Positions 29,103 to 42,499 are shown, counted from the first letter of the stretch. The stretch: DNA of 64,000 bases from Candidatus Omnitrophota bacterium (GCA_029261055.1 JAJDCA010000014.1:5295-69294); one strand, 5' to 3'. Made by a program: numbers and translations. The notes: a model not told the origin generated them from the letters alone.

Positions 29103-29873
29103 TTAGTCTTTAATCTTCTTACGACGAGCTTGAACAAAGGCGTGTTGTAAGGCGATGTAGGGGTCGATCGCGTCTTCGGTGAAGGTTTCGTAGGCATCAC
29201 GGACATGAAAGGAAAAGTTATTAACGCGTCGAACAGGTCGCATCACAGCAAAGGCTTTTTCCGATTCTACATCAAATATACCAAACCAGGTAAAAGGGCT
29301 GAAAGCAGCATCACCGATAAAACCAAGAACTTCGCGTGTGGTGGCTGGGCCGAATAGCGGAAGCATAAGAAAGCGCCCTTCACCCATTCCCCAAACAGCA
29401 AAAGTTTGGCCAAAATCTTCGTCTTGCACTTCAAGGTTAAAAACAGCATCTGCCGGATCAAAAAAACCTCCTAGACCAACTGAAGAGTTTATAAGTAATC
29501 GGCCGAATTCAGTGGAAGCCCCTTTGAGTTTTCCTTGGAAGAGGCAGCTAAAAAGACGGACAGGGGTTTTAATATTAACAAAAACATTGTTGATACTTTT
29601 TTGTACTTTTTTTGGTACTAAGAAGTCATATCCTTTGGAAATGGGAGTGAATAAATGAAATAATTTATCATTAAGTTTAAAGAATTTACGGTTCATGTTT
29701 TCCCAAGGGTCATAAATAGGATCTTTTGGTTCCCCGTTGTCCCAATCATTTTCAAGGTCGAGATCATCTTCAAGAAATAACTGTTCTTGTGCGTGAAGTG
29801 GTGTGGTTAAGAAAGAAAGGGGGGTGAGAAAAATACTGAATATTAGGAAAGCCTGCACGTAAAGTTTTTTCAT
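29103..29873 (-). CDS. mlaA: MlaA/VacJ family protein
   Basis: DPWENMNR, RLLINSSVGLGGFFD, EDFGQTFAVWG, LPLFGP.T.R. Confidence 0.9.
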   Translation of the reverse strand: MKKLYVQAFLIFSIFLTPLSFLTTPLHAQEQLFLEDDLDLENDWDNGEPKDPIYDPWENMNRKFFKLNDKLFHLFTPISKGYDFLVPKKVQKSINNVFVNIKTPVRLFSCLFQGKLKGASTEFGRLLINSSVGLGGFFDPADAVFNLEVQDEDFGQTFAVWGMGEGRFLMLPLFGPATTREVLGFIGDAAFSPFTWFGIFDVESEKAFAVMRPVRRVNNFSFHVRDAYETFTEDAIDPYIALQHAFVQARRKKIKD

Positions 29874-29877
29874 AAGA

Positions 29878-30495
29878 TTATCCTTTTTTTCTTAAATCAG
29901 TCATGAGTTTTTCAAAACTCGATCGATTTAAGATACTATTAAATTGGCTACGATAGTTGCCGATAATACTTACACCCTCAATTGTCACGTCATATATTTT
30001 CCAAGTGTTGGTATTATTGATCAGGCTAAAATCAATGGAGAATTTATCACCATTCGCAGTATAAACATATGTTTGAACTTTGCTGCGGTTTCCTTTCATC
30101 ATCGTACGGATATAGTCTACACGCTCTCCACGATAAGTGTCTGTTTTTCCAAGATAAACTCTTTTAAGGGTAGATGTAAACGCAGTAATAAATTCTTTTC
30201 TTTCTTCAGGGGTGCGCTGTCGCCAGTGATGGCCCAGGGCGCGTTTGGACATTTCTTCTAAATTAAAATGCGGTTCTAAAAGTTGCCAGATGCGAGCTTG
30301 TCGCTCTATTAAATTTTTGGCACCGGCTAGTGTAGGATCTTGAAGTATTTCAATGCCATCTTCAACGACAGCGAGGATTATTTCATCAGGTTTTTTCTCT
30401 GTCTGACTGAAGGCAGGTATTCCCATCAGAAGGTTTATAATAAGGGCAAGGGATGTAATGTGTTTTATAGGTATCATAGTTTTTTTACTCATCAT
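29878..30495 (-). CDS. mlaC: MlaC/Ttg2D phospholipid-binding protein
   Basis: MSKRALG.HW, WKIYDVTIEGVS...NYRSQF. Confidence 0.9.
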   Translation of the reverse strand: MMSKKTMIPIKHITSLALIINLLMGIPAFSQTEKKPDEIILAVVEDGIEILQDPTLAGAKNLIERQARIWQLLEPHFNLEEMSKRALGHHWRQRTPEERKEFITAFTSTLKRVYLGKTDTYRGERVDYIRTMMKGNRSKVQTYVYTANGDKFSIDFSLINNTNTWKIYDVTIEGVSIIGNYRSQFNSILNRSSFEKLMTDLRKKG

Positions 30496-30928
30496 CGACT
30501 ACAAAATGTTTAATAACACCTTCTAAGTCGAAAGGGGGTTCTGTATCAAAAATAGTTCCGTTAGATCCAATCAAATCATCAGAAGCTCCGGGTGTAATGG
30601 CGATGTACTTTTCGCCTAATAAACCTTTGGTTCGAATTGAGGCGATGGCGTCTTCTTGAATTTCAATATTTTTACGGATCGACATGCTCACAGTCGCCTG
30701 ATAATTCTCTAATTCAATATTTTTAATGGTGCCAACTTTAACGCCGGCAATTTCAACATTTGTATCTTTTTTAAGCCCGGTGACTGAACTAAAAATAGCT
30801 TTTATAGGATAATAATTCTTTTGATTAAAAATGTCAACTTGTCCTAATTGGATAGAGGTATACACAATACACAATAAACCAACGGAAATAAATAAGCCGA
30901 CACTTAGTTCAATATCAAATTTTTTCAT
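30485..30928 (-). CDS. mlaD: MlaD MCE protein
   Basis: F.SVTGLK...VEIAGVKVG, IRTKGLLGEKYI.ITPG. Confidence 0.92.
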   Translation of the reverse strand: MKKFDIELSVGLFISVGLLCIVYTSIQLGQVDIFNQKNYYPIKAIFSSVTGLKKDTNVEIAGVKVGTIKNIELENYQATVSMSIRKNIEIQEDAIASIRTKGLLGEKYIAITPGASDDLIGSNGTIFDTEPPFDLEGVIKHFVVDDE

Positions 30929-30972
30929 TTTTGTAGACCCTTCTTAATTCGTAGGTTAGGAGTTGTAAGGTA

Positions 30973-31701
30973 TTATTCAATTTCCCCTTTGAGAAATCTT
31001 CGGATGGTCGGATTATCAGAAGCAATAAATTCTTCAGGAGTTCCGACCGAAAGGATTTCTCCTTCGTGAAGCATCGCCACTTTATCGACGATATTAAAGA
31101 TTGTTGGGATTTCATGCGAAACAATGAGTGCGGTTAAATTTCGTTTTTGTTGTAAGCGTTTAATTAATTGATGAATGGTGTTGGTAATAATGGGATCTAA
31201 ACCTGTTGTCGGTTCGTCAAAGAGTATCGCTTCCGGATCCATGACCAGGCATCGGGCCAGGGCAACACGTTTTTTCATGCCGCCACTTAATTGTGCAGGA
31301 TATTTTTCTTCGCATCCTTTTAAATCAACGTTGGCTAGTTCTTGGGCAACTTTTTCTTTTATTTGTGAAAAGCTTAACTTTGTTTTTTCTTTTAAAGGAA
31401 AGGCGATGTTTTCAAAAACTGTAAGAGAATCAAAAAGCGCGGCCGATTGAAAAACGATACCAAGCTGTTCTTTGATTTTTTTTAATTTCTTTCCACTAAG
31501 TCGGCTAATATCTTGCTGATGGATTAAGACTTGTCCGCTATCAGGTTTGAGTAATCCGATAACAGACTTGAGTAAAACAGATTTACCTTTACCACTTCCC
31601 CCTATAAGAGCGACGATTTGGCCTTTCTTAATTTCCAAATGCACGCCTTTGAGGACGGTATGTTCTCCAAAATTTTTGTGGACATCAATAATTTTAATCA
31701 T
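30973..31701 (-). CDS. mlaF: MlaF ABC ATPase
   Basis: GGSGKGKS, FQSAALFDSL, LSGGMKKRVALAR, DEPTTGLDP. Confidence 0.92.
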   Translation of the reverse strand: MIKIIDVHKNFGEHTVLKGVHLEIKKGQIVALIGGSGKGKSVLLKSVIGLLKPDSGQVLIHQQDISRLSGKKLKKIKEQLGIVFQSAALFDSLTVFENIAFPLKEKTKLSFSQIKEKVAQELANVDLKGCEEKYPAQLSGGMKKRVALARCLVMDPEAILFDEPTTGLDPIITNTIHQLIKRLQQKRNLTALIVSHEIPTIFNIVDKVAMLHEGEILSVGTPEEFIASDNPTIRRFLKGEIE

Positions 31702-31745
31702 AATTTAGAGATTGTAAATAAATATATATTGGTTATTTACAACTC

Positions 31746-32540
31746 CTAGGCAAAAAGTAATATAGACGTTAATATATAATCCCAAATTAATACCACCACA
31801 GAAGACAGCACTACAGCTTCAGTTGTGGCCCTACTGACACCTTCTGCGCCAAAATGTGATTTTAAGCCGGCAAAGAATCCTTTGTAGCAGCTTATCCAAG
31901 TGATTAATAAACCAAAACTTAATGATTTATAGAAGCACAGTGTCAAATCTTTAAATAATATTGAATCCGCAATGGCCCCGTAATATGTGCCTGTGGCGAG
32001 GCCTGTTAATTCGACACCTACGAGGTGTCCGCCCCAGATGCCTACGACAACAAAAATGGCCGTTAAAAGAGGTAGGCAAATGATGCCTGCGATTAAATTT
32101 GGGATAATTAAATATTTATGCGGGTTTAAGGCCATCGCATCAAGGGCGTCAATTTGATCAGAAATACGCATAATGCCAAGTTGAGCGGTCAGTGCCGAGC
32201 CTGCTCTTCCTGTTACCATTAGAGCTGTGATCACCGGCCCTAATTCTCGAATTAAAGATAAGGCTGTGACGGAGCCAACGCTTGATTCCGCTCCAACAGT
32301 TACTAAAACATAATATACCTGAAGGGTAAGTACCATCCCGGTAAATAGACCTGTCAGAATAACGATAGGAAGGCTTTTAACACCTATAAAATGAATTTGC
32401 TTAATTATTCGGCTGGGGAGATAGGGCGGAAAAATCATATAATACAGATTTAACGCAAGAAAGAGTCCCATCTGGCCTAATTCACGTAAAAAAGTTAAGG
32501 CATTTTTGCCTAAAGATTGAAAGGGAAGTATAATATTCAT
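31746..32540 (-). CDS. mlaE: MlaE permease
   Basis: RELGPVITAL..GRAGS, DQIDAL..M, GAEGVSRATT.AVV. Confidence 0.92.
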   Translation of the reverse strand: MNIILPFQSLGKNALTFLRELGQMGLFLALNLYYMIFPPYLPSRIIKQIHFIGVKSLPIVILTGLFTGMVLTLQVYYVLVTVGAESSVGSVTALSLIRELGPVITALMVTGRAGSALTAQLGIMRISDQIDALDAMALNPHKYLIIPNLIAGIICLPLLTAIFVVVGIWGGHLVGVELTGLATGTYYGAIADSILFKDLTLCFYKSLSFGLLITWISCYKGFFAGLKSHFGAEGVSRATTEAVVLSSVVVLIWDYILTSILLFA

Positions 32541-32601
32541 TAGAGGCGCATTTTATCAGTAATTTTTAAAATTGGAAATATTTTCTTAAAAATTATTATA
32601 C

Positions 32602-34122
32602 TTAAGATATAGGTATAGAGTAATTTAAAGTTTTGTTTTTCAATACACGTCGACAATAAAATATAAAAATAATAAAAGCAATAATGCCAACGGCAAATAA
32701 AGTCCATTCCACTATCATACGTTCAATGCTACGGTTTTGAATATTAATCATATTGCCTGTCAGGCAGCCGAGATAAACGTAGAGGATGGTGCTTGGGAGT
32801 CGTCCTATACTTGACGCATAGATAAAATCTTTTAACCGCATGCTGGATAACCCGCAAATGTAATTTAAAAACATGGAACTGACAATTGGGATGTTACGTA
32901 ATAAGAGAAGAATTTTCCATCCTTTTTCCTCAATCAATTGATCGATGGCTTGCCATTGGGGGTTGGTTTTAATTCTTTTTGCAACGGATTCGCGGCACCA
33001 ATGGCGAGCCAAAAGAAATTTGATGATGGATGAGATTGTAGAAGCGATGGTAACGAGAATAATGCCTTGAGTCATTCCAAATAGAAATCCAGCACTTATT
33101 TTTAATATGAGAGCAGGTAGAAATAAACCTGCGAGCAGCAGGTATAGGCCCAGAAAGAGGAAAGGTGCAAAAATATGAAAATCTTTAATCCAATCGAGAG
33201 ATTGAAGATACATTTGTTTTACGCCTAATTTTTGTCCTAAAATACCGAATGCCGCTATCATCAATAACCAGCAAGCGAGTTTAACAAAGCCTAAATAGCT
33301 TTTATGTGTAGTTTTTTTTACAAGGGCCGGATTTTCATCGGCTTTCTTAGGCATTGGAATGTTTGGCGCCAGTAATTGGTTTATAAGTTCATAATCTTGA
33401 GGTTTATCTACATCAATGCCCATTTCCGGGTGGGGAGATGTAAAAATACGGACTTTGGCTTTTAAAAGGGAAGAAAGGATGATTTCAATTTCTGGAAAGG
33501 TTTTTCCTGTACATCCCAATAGTTCTAAAATTTTGTTAGGCTCTTTGCGTACTTTTCGGATGCGACCAATATAAGGAAGACATTTTAATAAAAGGCTGGA
33601 TTTACGAATGTAGTAAATATTTGTTCCGGTGTATTCTTTTCCCCCAATTGTCATATACGATCTGTCTTTAGACGGTAATCCAGCCTTGATTAATGTGGAT
33701 TTTTCAACATAATGCATCACGATATCCGCCTCTGATTGATCAATATTATGTAACGTGTTTTTAATAATTCTTGGCGTCAGAAGAGGGGCATCACAAAATG
33801 AAATGACATATCCTTGATGGGATTTTGCCATTTTATAAATAAAGAATTTAATATAAAGGACGGCATGAACAAGGTTTTGCAGAAGACTTGAGCCCTGAGC
33901 AAGACGTTTTTTGATATATTGCATTGAATTTAAATTGTCTAATTGCTTAGTGCCGACTACAATGATATTTTTAAAAATGTTGCTTTTGTGAAAAGCCTCG
34001 ATAACCCAGTCCAGCATAGGTTTGCCGGCAATCGGTAAGTGGGCCTTCATAGTGCAGGTATATTGTTGAGGCCAGTCTTTACGTTTGCCTCCAGCTAATA
34101 TTATAAGATTAAAATTCTTCAT
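32602..34122 (-). CDS. MobA-like NTP-transferase fused to a TVP38/TMEM64 (DedA/VTT) membrane domain
   Basis: IILAGG..K..LPIAGKPML, CDAPLL, IDVDKPQD; then AGFLFG..G, LLLLRNIP, NYICGLS.M...DF. Confidence 0.75.
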   Translation of the reverse strand: MKNFNLIILAGGKRKDWPQQYTCTMKAHLPIAGKPMLDWVIEAFHKSNIFKNIIVVGTKQLDNLNSMQYIKKRLAQGSSLLQNLVHAVLYIKFFIYKMAKSHQGYVISFCDAPLLTPRIIKNTLHNIDQSEADIVMHYVEKSTLIKAGLPSKDRSYMTIGGKEYTGTNIYYIRKSSLLLKCLPYIGRIRKVRKEPNKILELLGCTGKTFPEIEIILSSLLKAKVRIFTSPHPEMGIDVDKPQDYELINQLLAPNIPMPKKADENPALVKKTTHKSYLGFVKLACWLLMIAAFGILGQKLGVKQMYLQSLDWIKDFHIFAPFLFLGLYLLLAGLFLPALILKISAGFLFGMTQGIILVTIASTISSIIKFLLARHWCRESVAKRIKTNPQWQAIDQLIEEKGWKILLLLRNIPIVSSMFLNYICGLSSMRLKDFIYASSIGRLPSTILYVYLGCLTGNMINIQNRSIERMIVEWTLFAVGIIAFIIFIFYCRRVLKNKTLNYSIPIS

Positions 34123-34254
34123 AGGTATAAATTATAACAAAGTATTAGACAAATTTATTTAATAAAAGTTGATATTTAATTCTTGTAGATAAATGCAGAG
34201 ATTAGTATAATCAAATTAATAAATATTTCAACATGTAGCTTAGCGGAGGAAATT

Positions 34255-34977
34255 ATGAATAATAAATTACAAGAGATTTTGAAGAAGAATGCAGAATTTG
34301 AAAAAGAATCTCCGTATAACTTTTGTGATCGATGGTGTGAGCGTTGTGATTTTAAAATTCAACGACGATGTAAGTTGTATCTGGATGAATTAGACAGGCG
34401 TGCAACGAATATTGCCCACGGTAAACCTGAAAATGATTTAGAGATTCTTAAACAAGATTTTGAAGATCAGATGGAAGAGATGGAGGATTCGATTGACGAA
34501 TGGGCGGAAGAAGAAGGGGTTGATCCTTTCGAATTAGAACCCGATGAAGGTTTTGTTGAGGAGATACGAAAAAAAGAAGAAGAGCTGCACAAGCATCCTT
34601 TACAAAAAGTGACCTACCAATATATGAAAATATCACATGATTTTCTTAAAGAAGAATATTACAGTAAGCAAATTCTTACACAAGATATGAGGCTTAATTA
34701 TGAAATAGTGGCATGGTATCATAGTCTTCTTCCTGCGAAGATGCATCGTGCTCTGTGTGGTCTTTATGTACCGGATGTTCATGATGAAGAGGATTATGCC
34801 TTGTGTGATGCCGTTGCACAATTTGCTGTTTGTCGAAAATCTATTAGTTTGTCGGTTGCTTCCTTGCGTGAAATCGGACAGCAAAATAGCCAGTTAAAGA
34901 AGCGGATAACTCTACCTCTTACACTGCTCCACAATATGGCCAGTCAGATTGATATTATTTTAAAAGAGATTGGATAG
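34255..34977 (+). CDS. hypothetical protein with CDRWCERC...C motif
   Basis: YNFCDRWCERCDF...RC; SD GGAGG. Confidence 0.75.
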   Translation: MNNKLQEILKKNAEFEKESPYNFCDRWCERCDFKIQRRCKLYLDELDRRATNIAHGKPENDLEILKQDFEDQMEEMEDSIDEWAEEEGVDPFELEPDEGFVEEIRKKEEELHKHPLQKVTYQYMKISHDFLKEEYYSKQILTQDMRLNYEIVAWYHSLLPAKMHRALCGLYVPDVHDEEDYALCDAVAQFAVCRKSISLSVASLREIGQQNSQLKKRITLPLTLLHNMASQIDIILKEIG

Positions 34978-35039
34978 TTCGACAGGTTTGTTTTACTTGT
35001 TTGAGAACCACAAGTAGAGAAGGTGTTTTAAAAATTTAT

Positions 35040-35112
35040 CGGGGCGTAGCGCAGTTTCCGCCACACAGCGTGGCGGATCCGCCAAAGTTTTGATGGCGGA
35101 GGCTAGCGCGCA
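35040..35112 (+). pseudogene. duplicated 5' tRNA-Pro fragment interrupted by a 44-bp palindromic insert
   Basis: CGGGGCGTAGCGCAGTT [35057..35100] GGCTAGCGCGCA, identical to the first 29 nt of the tRNA at 35129. Confidence 0.85.
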
Positions 35113-35128
35113 GAAAAAAAGAAATTAT

Positions 35129-35205
35129 CGGGGCGTAGCGCAGTTGGCTAGCGCGCAACGTTCGGGACGTTGAGGTCGACGGTTCAAATCCGTCCGCCCC
35201 GACCA
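35129..35205 (+). tRNA. tRNA-Pro(CGG)
   Basis: Acceptor CGGGGCG/CGCCCCG+ACCA; anticodon arm CAACG-TTCGGGA-CGTTG; T arm GACGG-TTCAAAT-CCGTC. Confidence 0.96.
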
Positions 35206-35236
35206 GTTTACCGTCGCTCATCGCGATATCAAAAAT

Positions 35237-35509
35237 ATGCTTCAATCCCATATCTTTTTTCACGGCATAGTTCAAGGGGTAGGATTTCGTTATACGGTTC
35301 AACGATATGCTGTGCGTTTGGATCTTAACGGTTGGGTAAGGAATGTGCCTGACGGGAGTGTTGAGGTTCTTGTAGAAGGGGCAAAAAAAGATATTGAAAA
35401 ACTTTGCCGGGATGTTGAAGAACATTTTTCAGGATATATCCGGAATAAGGAAATTCATTTTCTTGAGGACGCCGTACATAAATTTACAAATTTTAAAATA
35501 ATCGCCTAA
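35237..35509 (+). CDS. acyP: acylphosphatase
   Basis: GIVQGVGFR, GWVRNVPDGSVE. Confidence 0.93.
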   Translation: MLQSHIFFHGIVQGVGFRYTVQRYAVRLDLNGWVRNVPDGSVEVLVEGAKKDIEKLCRDVEEHFSGYIRNKEIHFLEDAVHKFTNFKIIA

Positions 35510-35600
35510 GAAATTGTCCATAAATAATTTGGACAATTGCTTGATAATCTTGGTATGAAATGCTGTTAAACTTGACCAGCTTATTTATGGACAACTCCTA

Positions 35601-38885
<3,285 letters not shown>

Positions 38886-38909
38886 AAATTTACCCTAATT
38901 TGGATAATT

Positions 38910-39797
38910 ATGAAACAGTATATTGATGAATTTATTAATTATCTTGCGGTTGAAAGAGGGTTAGCTAACAATACGCTCTTGGCTTACGGACGGGATTTAG
39001 CGAAATATGAGCGGTATTTTGAAGAAAAAAATATTCAAGAACCAAGTCATGTTAAGCGTGATGATATTACAGATTACATGTATTATGAAAAAAATGAGGG
39101 GTTGTCTGCTAATTCTATCTGCCGGAGTTTAGCGGCTATAAAGATGTTTCATCGATTTTTAGTGCGGGAAAGATTAGTGCAAGAAGATCCTACCCATCTA
39201 GTTGAGACGCCAAAGTTGTGGAAGCGAATCCCAGGGGTTTTGACTAGCGCGGAAGTTGAGGCTATGATTAATGCTCCTAAAGGATGGAAGTGGCAAGCGG
39301 TTAGAGATAGGGCGATTTTGGAGTTATTTTATGCCAGCGGGATGCGTGTTTCCGAACTGTCCAATTTATCTTTGGAGAATATTAATTTAGATGTCGGGTA
39401 TGTTCGTTGTACCGGTAAAGGACGTAAGGAACGCATTGTGCCGATAGGGAACAAAGCCAAGGAAGCCGTAAGAAAGTATTGTGAAACAGCGCGAACGAAA
39501 TTAGTTAAGTATCCTATGACGATGGAATTATTTTTAAGCCGGTTAGGTAAAAGAATCAGTCGGCAGAGTCTTTGGAGCATTATCAAGCTTTATGCCAGGG
39601 TAGCCGGCATTAAAAAGGAAATAAAACCACACACACTTCGACATTCTTTTGCAACACATCTTTTACAACACGGTGCGGATTTACGTTCGGTTCAGGAAAT
39701 GTTGGGACATTCGGATATTTCTACAACGCAGATTTATACGCATGTCGATAAGGAACGGTTAAAATCTATTCATAAAGAATTTCATCCTCGGGGTTAG
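38910..39797 (+). CDS. xerD: tyrosine recombinase XerD
   Basis: ERGLANNT..AY, RDRAILELFYASGMRVSEL, PHTLRHSFATHLL..GADLRSVQEMLGH..ISTTQIYTHV. Confidence 0.92.
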   Translation: MKQYIDEFINYLAVERGLANNTLLAYGRDLAKYERYFEEKNIQEPSHVKRDDITDYMYYEKNEGLSANSICRSLAAIKMFHRFLVRERLVQEDPTHLVETPKLWKRIPGVLTSAEVEAMINAPKGWKWQAVRDRAILELFYASGMRVSELSNLSLENINLDVGYVRCTGKGRKERIVPIGNKAKEAVRKYCETARTKLVKYPMTMELFLSRLGKRISRQSLWSIIKLYARVAGIKKEIKPHTLRHSFATHLLQHGADLRSVQEMLGHSDISTTQIYTHVDKERLKSIHKEFHPRG

Positions 39798-39812
39798 GCA
39801 TTGTCCAGTGAC

Positions 39813-41066
39813 ATGAAAAATTATTTAGTAAATATTGATAAACGTTTTTTGGATGTTATTAAAAAGATCGGCCAAGAAAGTGACCGTCAAAAAATGTCAG
39901 CGTACATTGTTGGCGGTATTGTGAGGGATATTCTTCTGAAGAAGAAAAATTATGATTTGGATATTGTTATTGAAGGCAATGTGAAAAAATTGGCACAGAG
40001 TTTGGCTAAGAAATTAAAGGCGAAAGCGATATTTTATGAACAATTCGGTACAGCTACGTTGAATTTGGAGAATAAGCTGCGTATTGATTTGGTCACCGTA
40101 CGAAAAGAATCTTATGCGCGCTCAGGTGCGTTGCCTAATGTTAAGCTGGGGACGTTAAGGGACGATCTTTTTCGTCGGGATTTTACCATTAATGCAATGG
40201 CGATGGGCATTAATCATTCAAATTTTGGGCATCTCATTGATTTATTTAACGGCAAGGAAGATATTCGGCACGGTAAAATTAGGGTCTTACACGATAAGAG
40301 TTTCATTGATGATCCAACGCGGATTTTGAGGGCTGTACGTTTTGAACAACGGTTTCAATTTCATATTGAACGGCACACGTTAAGCTTATTAAAGAAGGCT
40401 ATAAAAAATAAATTAACGGATAATGTCACCCCGACGCGTTATTTTGTCGAATTTAAAAAAATGTTATGTGAGAAAAGTCCTGTGCCAAATTTAAGGCGTT
40501 TAAAGGGGCTGGGAGGTTTTTATTTTTTACATCCACAGTTTAAAATTAATCTTCGGCATGTTAACGCTGTTCATCAAAATATTCAAAAGATGAGACGGAA
40601 GTCTATGTATAAGGATCAGAACCAATGGTGGATGGTTTATTTGTTGGCTATTGTCACTCATCTTTCAGGGGATCAACGTAAAGGTTTTGGAAAAAAGGTG
40701 CATTTACGCCGAGAAGAGGCCAAGAGTTTGGCGCAACTCGAGGATTGCTCAGAAATTATGAAGCAATTTTTACGCAAATCATTAAAACGAAGTGAAATTT
40801 TAAAAATGTTGCATTCTTTGGAAGAATCTGTAATTTTTTATTTGCGGGCCAAGACAAACCAGCAGCAAAGTCATCAGTACATTGATCGATATTGGTCGGT
40901 CGATAAAAATGTGCAATTGAGTATAAGTGGCGAGGATCTCAAACAAATAGGATTGCATGAAGGTAAGAAAATGGGTAGAATGTTAAACGAAATTTATTAT
41001 CACAAGATCGATAAGCACATACAAACAAAACAAGAAGAGTTGAAATTAGCAAAACAATTATACTAA
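39813..41066 (+). CDS. CCA-adding/poly(A) polymerase family nucleotidyltransferase
   Basis: VGGIVRD, DLDIV, DLFRRDFTINAMA, DDPTRILRAVRF. Confidence 0.9.
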   Translation: MKNYLVNIDKRFLDVIKKIGQESDRQKMSAYIVGGIVRDILLKKKNYDLDIVIEGNVKKLAQSLAKKLKAKAIFYEQFGTATLNLENKLRIDLVTVRKESYARSGALPNVKLGTLRDDLFRRDFTINAMAMGINHSNFGHLIDLFNGKEDIRHGKIRVLHDKSFIDDPTRILRAVRFEQRFQFHIERHTLSLLKKAIKNKLTDNVTPTRYFVEFKKMLCEKSPVPNLRRLKGLGGFYFLHPQFKINLRHVNAVHQNIQKMRRKSMYKDQNQWWMVYLLAIVTHLSGDQRKGFGKKVHLRREEAKSLAQLEDCSEIMKQFLRKSLKRSEILKMLHSLEESVIFYLRAKTNQQQSHQYIDRYWSVDKNVQLSISGEDLKQIGLHEGKKMGRMLNEIYYHKIDKHIQTKQEELKLAKQLY

Positions 41067-41085
41067 TTCTATTATTTAATAGATT

Positions 41086-41201
41086 TAGTATTATAGCAAA
41101 TCCATTAAATAATTACTCTTTTGGTAGTGGCTATTCTCGTAGAAGCGTTCGAGAAAAGCCAAATGGATTATGGTCATTATTTAATGGAATTGGTATTACT
41201 A
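41086..41201. ncRNA. candidate structured RNA or non-autonomous element (long hairpin with central bubble)
   Basis: TCCATTAAATAAT/ATTATTTAATGGA 13-bp stem enclosing a 14+14-nt bubble and an inner TGGCT-A-TTCTCG/CGAGAA-A-AGCCA stem. Confidence 0.45.
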
Positions 41202-41208
41202 GGAGCAA

Positions 41209-41580
41209 ATGATTATGGATCGAATGGACAGAATTAATCAGCAAATGAAACGTGAATTGGGGACTATTCTCCAGCAAGATTTAAGTGATCCACGTTTACA
41301 ATTTGTCTCAATCACGGCCGTCAATGTGAGCCGGGATTTAAGAAGTGCGAAGGTGTATTTTAGTGTATTAGGTGAGCCGCATCAAGAAAGTATTATTCAT
41401 GAAATATTGGATAAAGCGGGCGGGTTCATCCGGAAATTAATTAGTCAGCGTCTTAATTTAAGAAACACGCCGGCATTTTCATTTTATTATGATAAATCAA
41501 TTGCCTTTAGCGATCAGCTAGAGGAAACTTTAAAGGAAATCCATGATGAAGAAGATACTTCAAACGATCAAGAAGAATGA
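41209..41580 (+). CDS. rbfA: ribosome-binding factor A
   Basis: RMDRINQQMKREL, DPRL, SRDLRSAKVY, LRNTP...F.YD. Confidence 0.93.
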   Translation: MIMDRMDRINQQMKRELGTILQQDLSDPRLQFVSITAVNVSRDLRSAKVYFSVLGEPHQESIIHEILDKAGGFIRKLISQRLNLRNTPAFSFYYDKSIAFSDQLEETLKEIHDEEDTSNDQEE

Positions 41581-42499
41581 AACTTTTCTTCTCAGTACAC
41601 ATGTTAATCCTGACCCGGATGCTTTGTCTTCCGAGTTAGTATTGGATATTTATTTGCGGTCACTGGGAAAGAAAGTTTTTATTGTTAATGAAGAAAAGGT
41701 TCAGGACAGGTTAGATTTTTTACCTGGAGGAAAGCGGATAAGAGGTTTTAAGAAAAACTTAACGATAGATTATGATGTGGCTATTGTTGTCGATTGTGGT
41801 GATTTAAATCGCATCGGAAAAGTGCAAAATCTTATTCAAAGCGATAAAGTGCTCATTAATATTGATCATCATATTACTAATGATAAATTTGGTAGCTTAA
41901 ATTTAGTTGTACCGGATGCTTCTTCAACAGCTGAGGTTTTGTATGATTTCTTAAAAACAGCACATTTTCAGATGACAAAGAACGCCGCCCTTTTATTGTA
42001 CGCGGGTATTTTAACAGATACAGGGTCATTTCGTTATGCCAATACAACACATAAGACCCATTTGATTGCCGGGGAATTACGAAAATTTCCCTTTTCAGCG
42101 GATGATCTGTATCGCCAGCTTTACGAGACAATGCCTTTAAATGACGTCAAAGAATTTACAAAATTGATAAGTCGTTTTGATGCAATTTATTTGGGAAAAG
42201 TCGTATGTCTTGAATTGCGTAAACGTGTCCTTGCACGTTTTTCCGGGAATATTGATTTGCGCGATATGATTTTTAAATTCTTGCGTGCTATAAAAGGTGT
42301 TGAGGTTTGTGTTATTTTTACAGAGGTGAATTCTAAGGAAACAAGAATTAATTTTCGGTCAATGGGAGATTTTAATGTAGCTAAATTGGCATCAAATTTT
42401 AATGGCGGTGGTCATCGTCGGGCTAGTGGAGGTCGAATGGATGCAGGTATCAGCGAAACGCGTAAGGCTGTATTAAAGAAAATTGGAAAGGCTTTATGA
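41543..42499 (+). CDS. nrnA: DHH-family phosphoesterase (NrnA-like)
   Basis: HVNPDPDA, NIDHH, TDTGSF, GGGHRRASG. Confidence 0.88.
   Translation: MMKKILQTIKKNETFLLSTHVNPDPDALSSELVLDIYLRSLGKKVFIVNEEKVQDRLDFLPGGKRIRGFKKNLTIDYDVAIVVDCGDLNRIGKVQNLIQSDKVLINIDHHITNDKFGSLNLVVPDASSTAEVLYDFLKTAHFQMTKNAALLLYAGILTDTGSFRYANTTHKTHLIAGELRKFPFSADDLYRQLYETMPLNDVKEFTKLISRFDAIYLGKVVCLELRKRVLARFSGNIDLRDMIFKFLRAIKGVEVCVIFTEVNSKETRINFRSMGDFNVAKLASNFNGGGHRRASGGRMDAGISETRKAVLKKIGKAL

Noticed and set aside
35036-35425. 129-aa minus-strand ORF, and tRNA duplicate as attL/attR of an island
   Set aside because: The ORF is a shadow of the tRNA and acyP; only 16 bp separate the fragment from the tRNA and there is no integrase
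38910-39797. Mobile-element integrase
   Set aside because: Sequence and housekeeping context match chromosomal XerD
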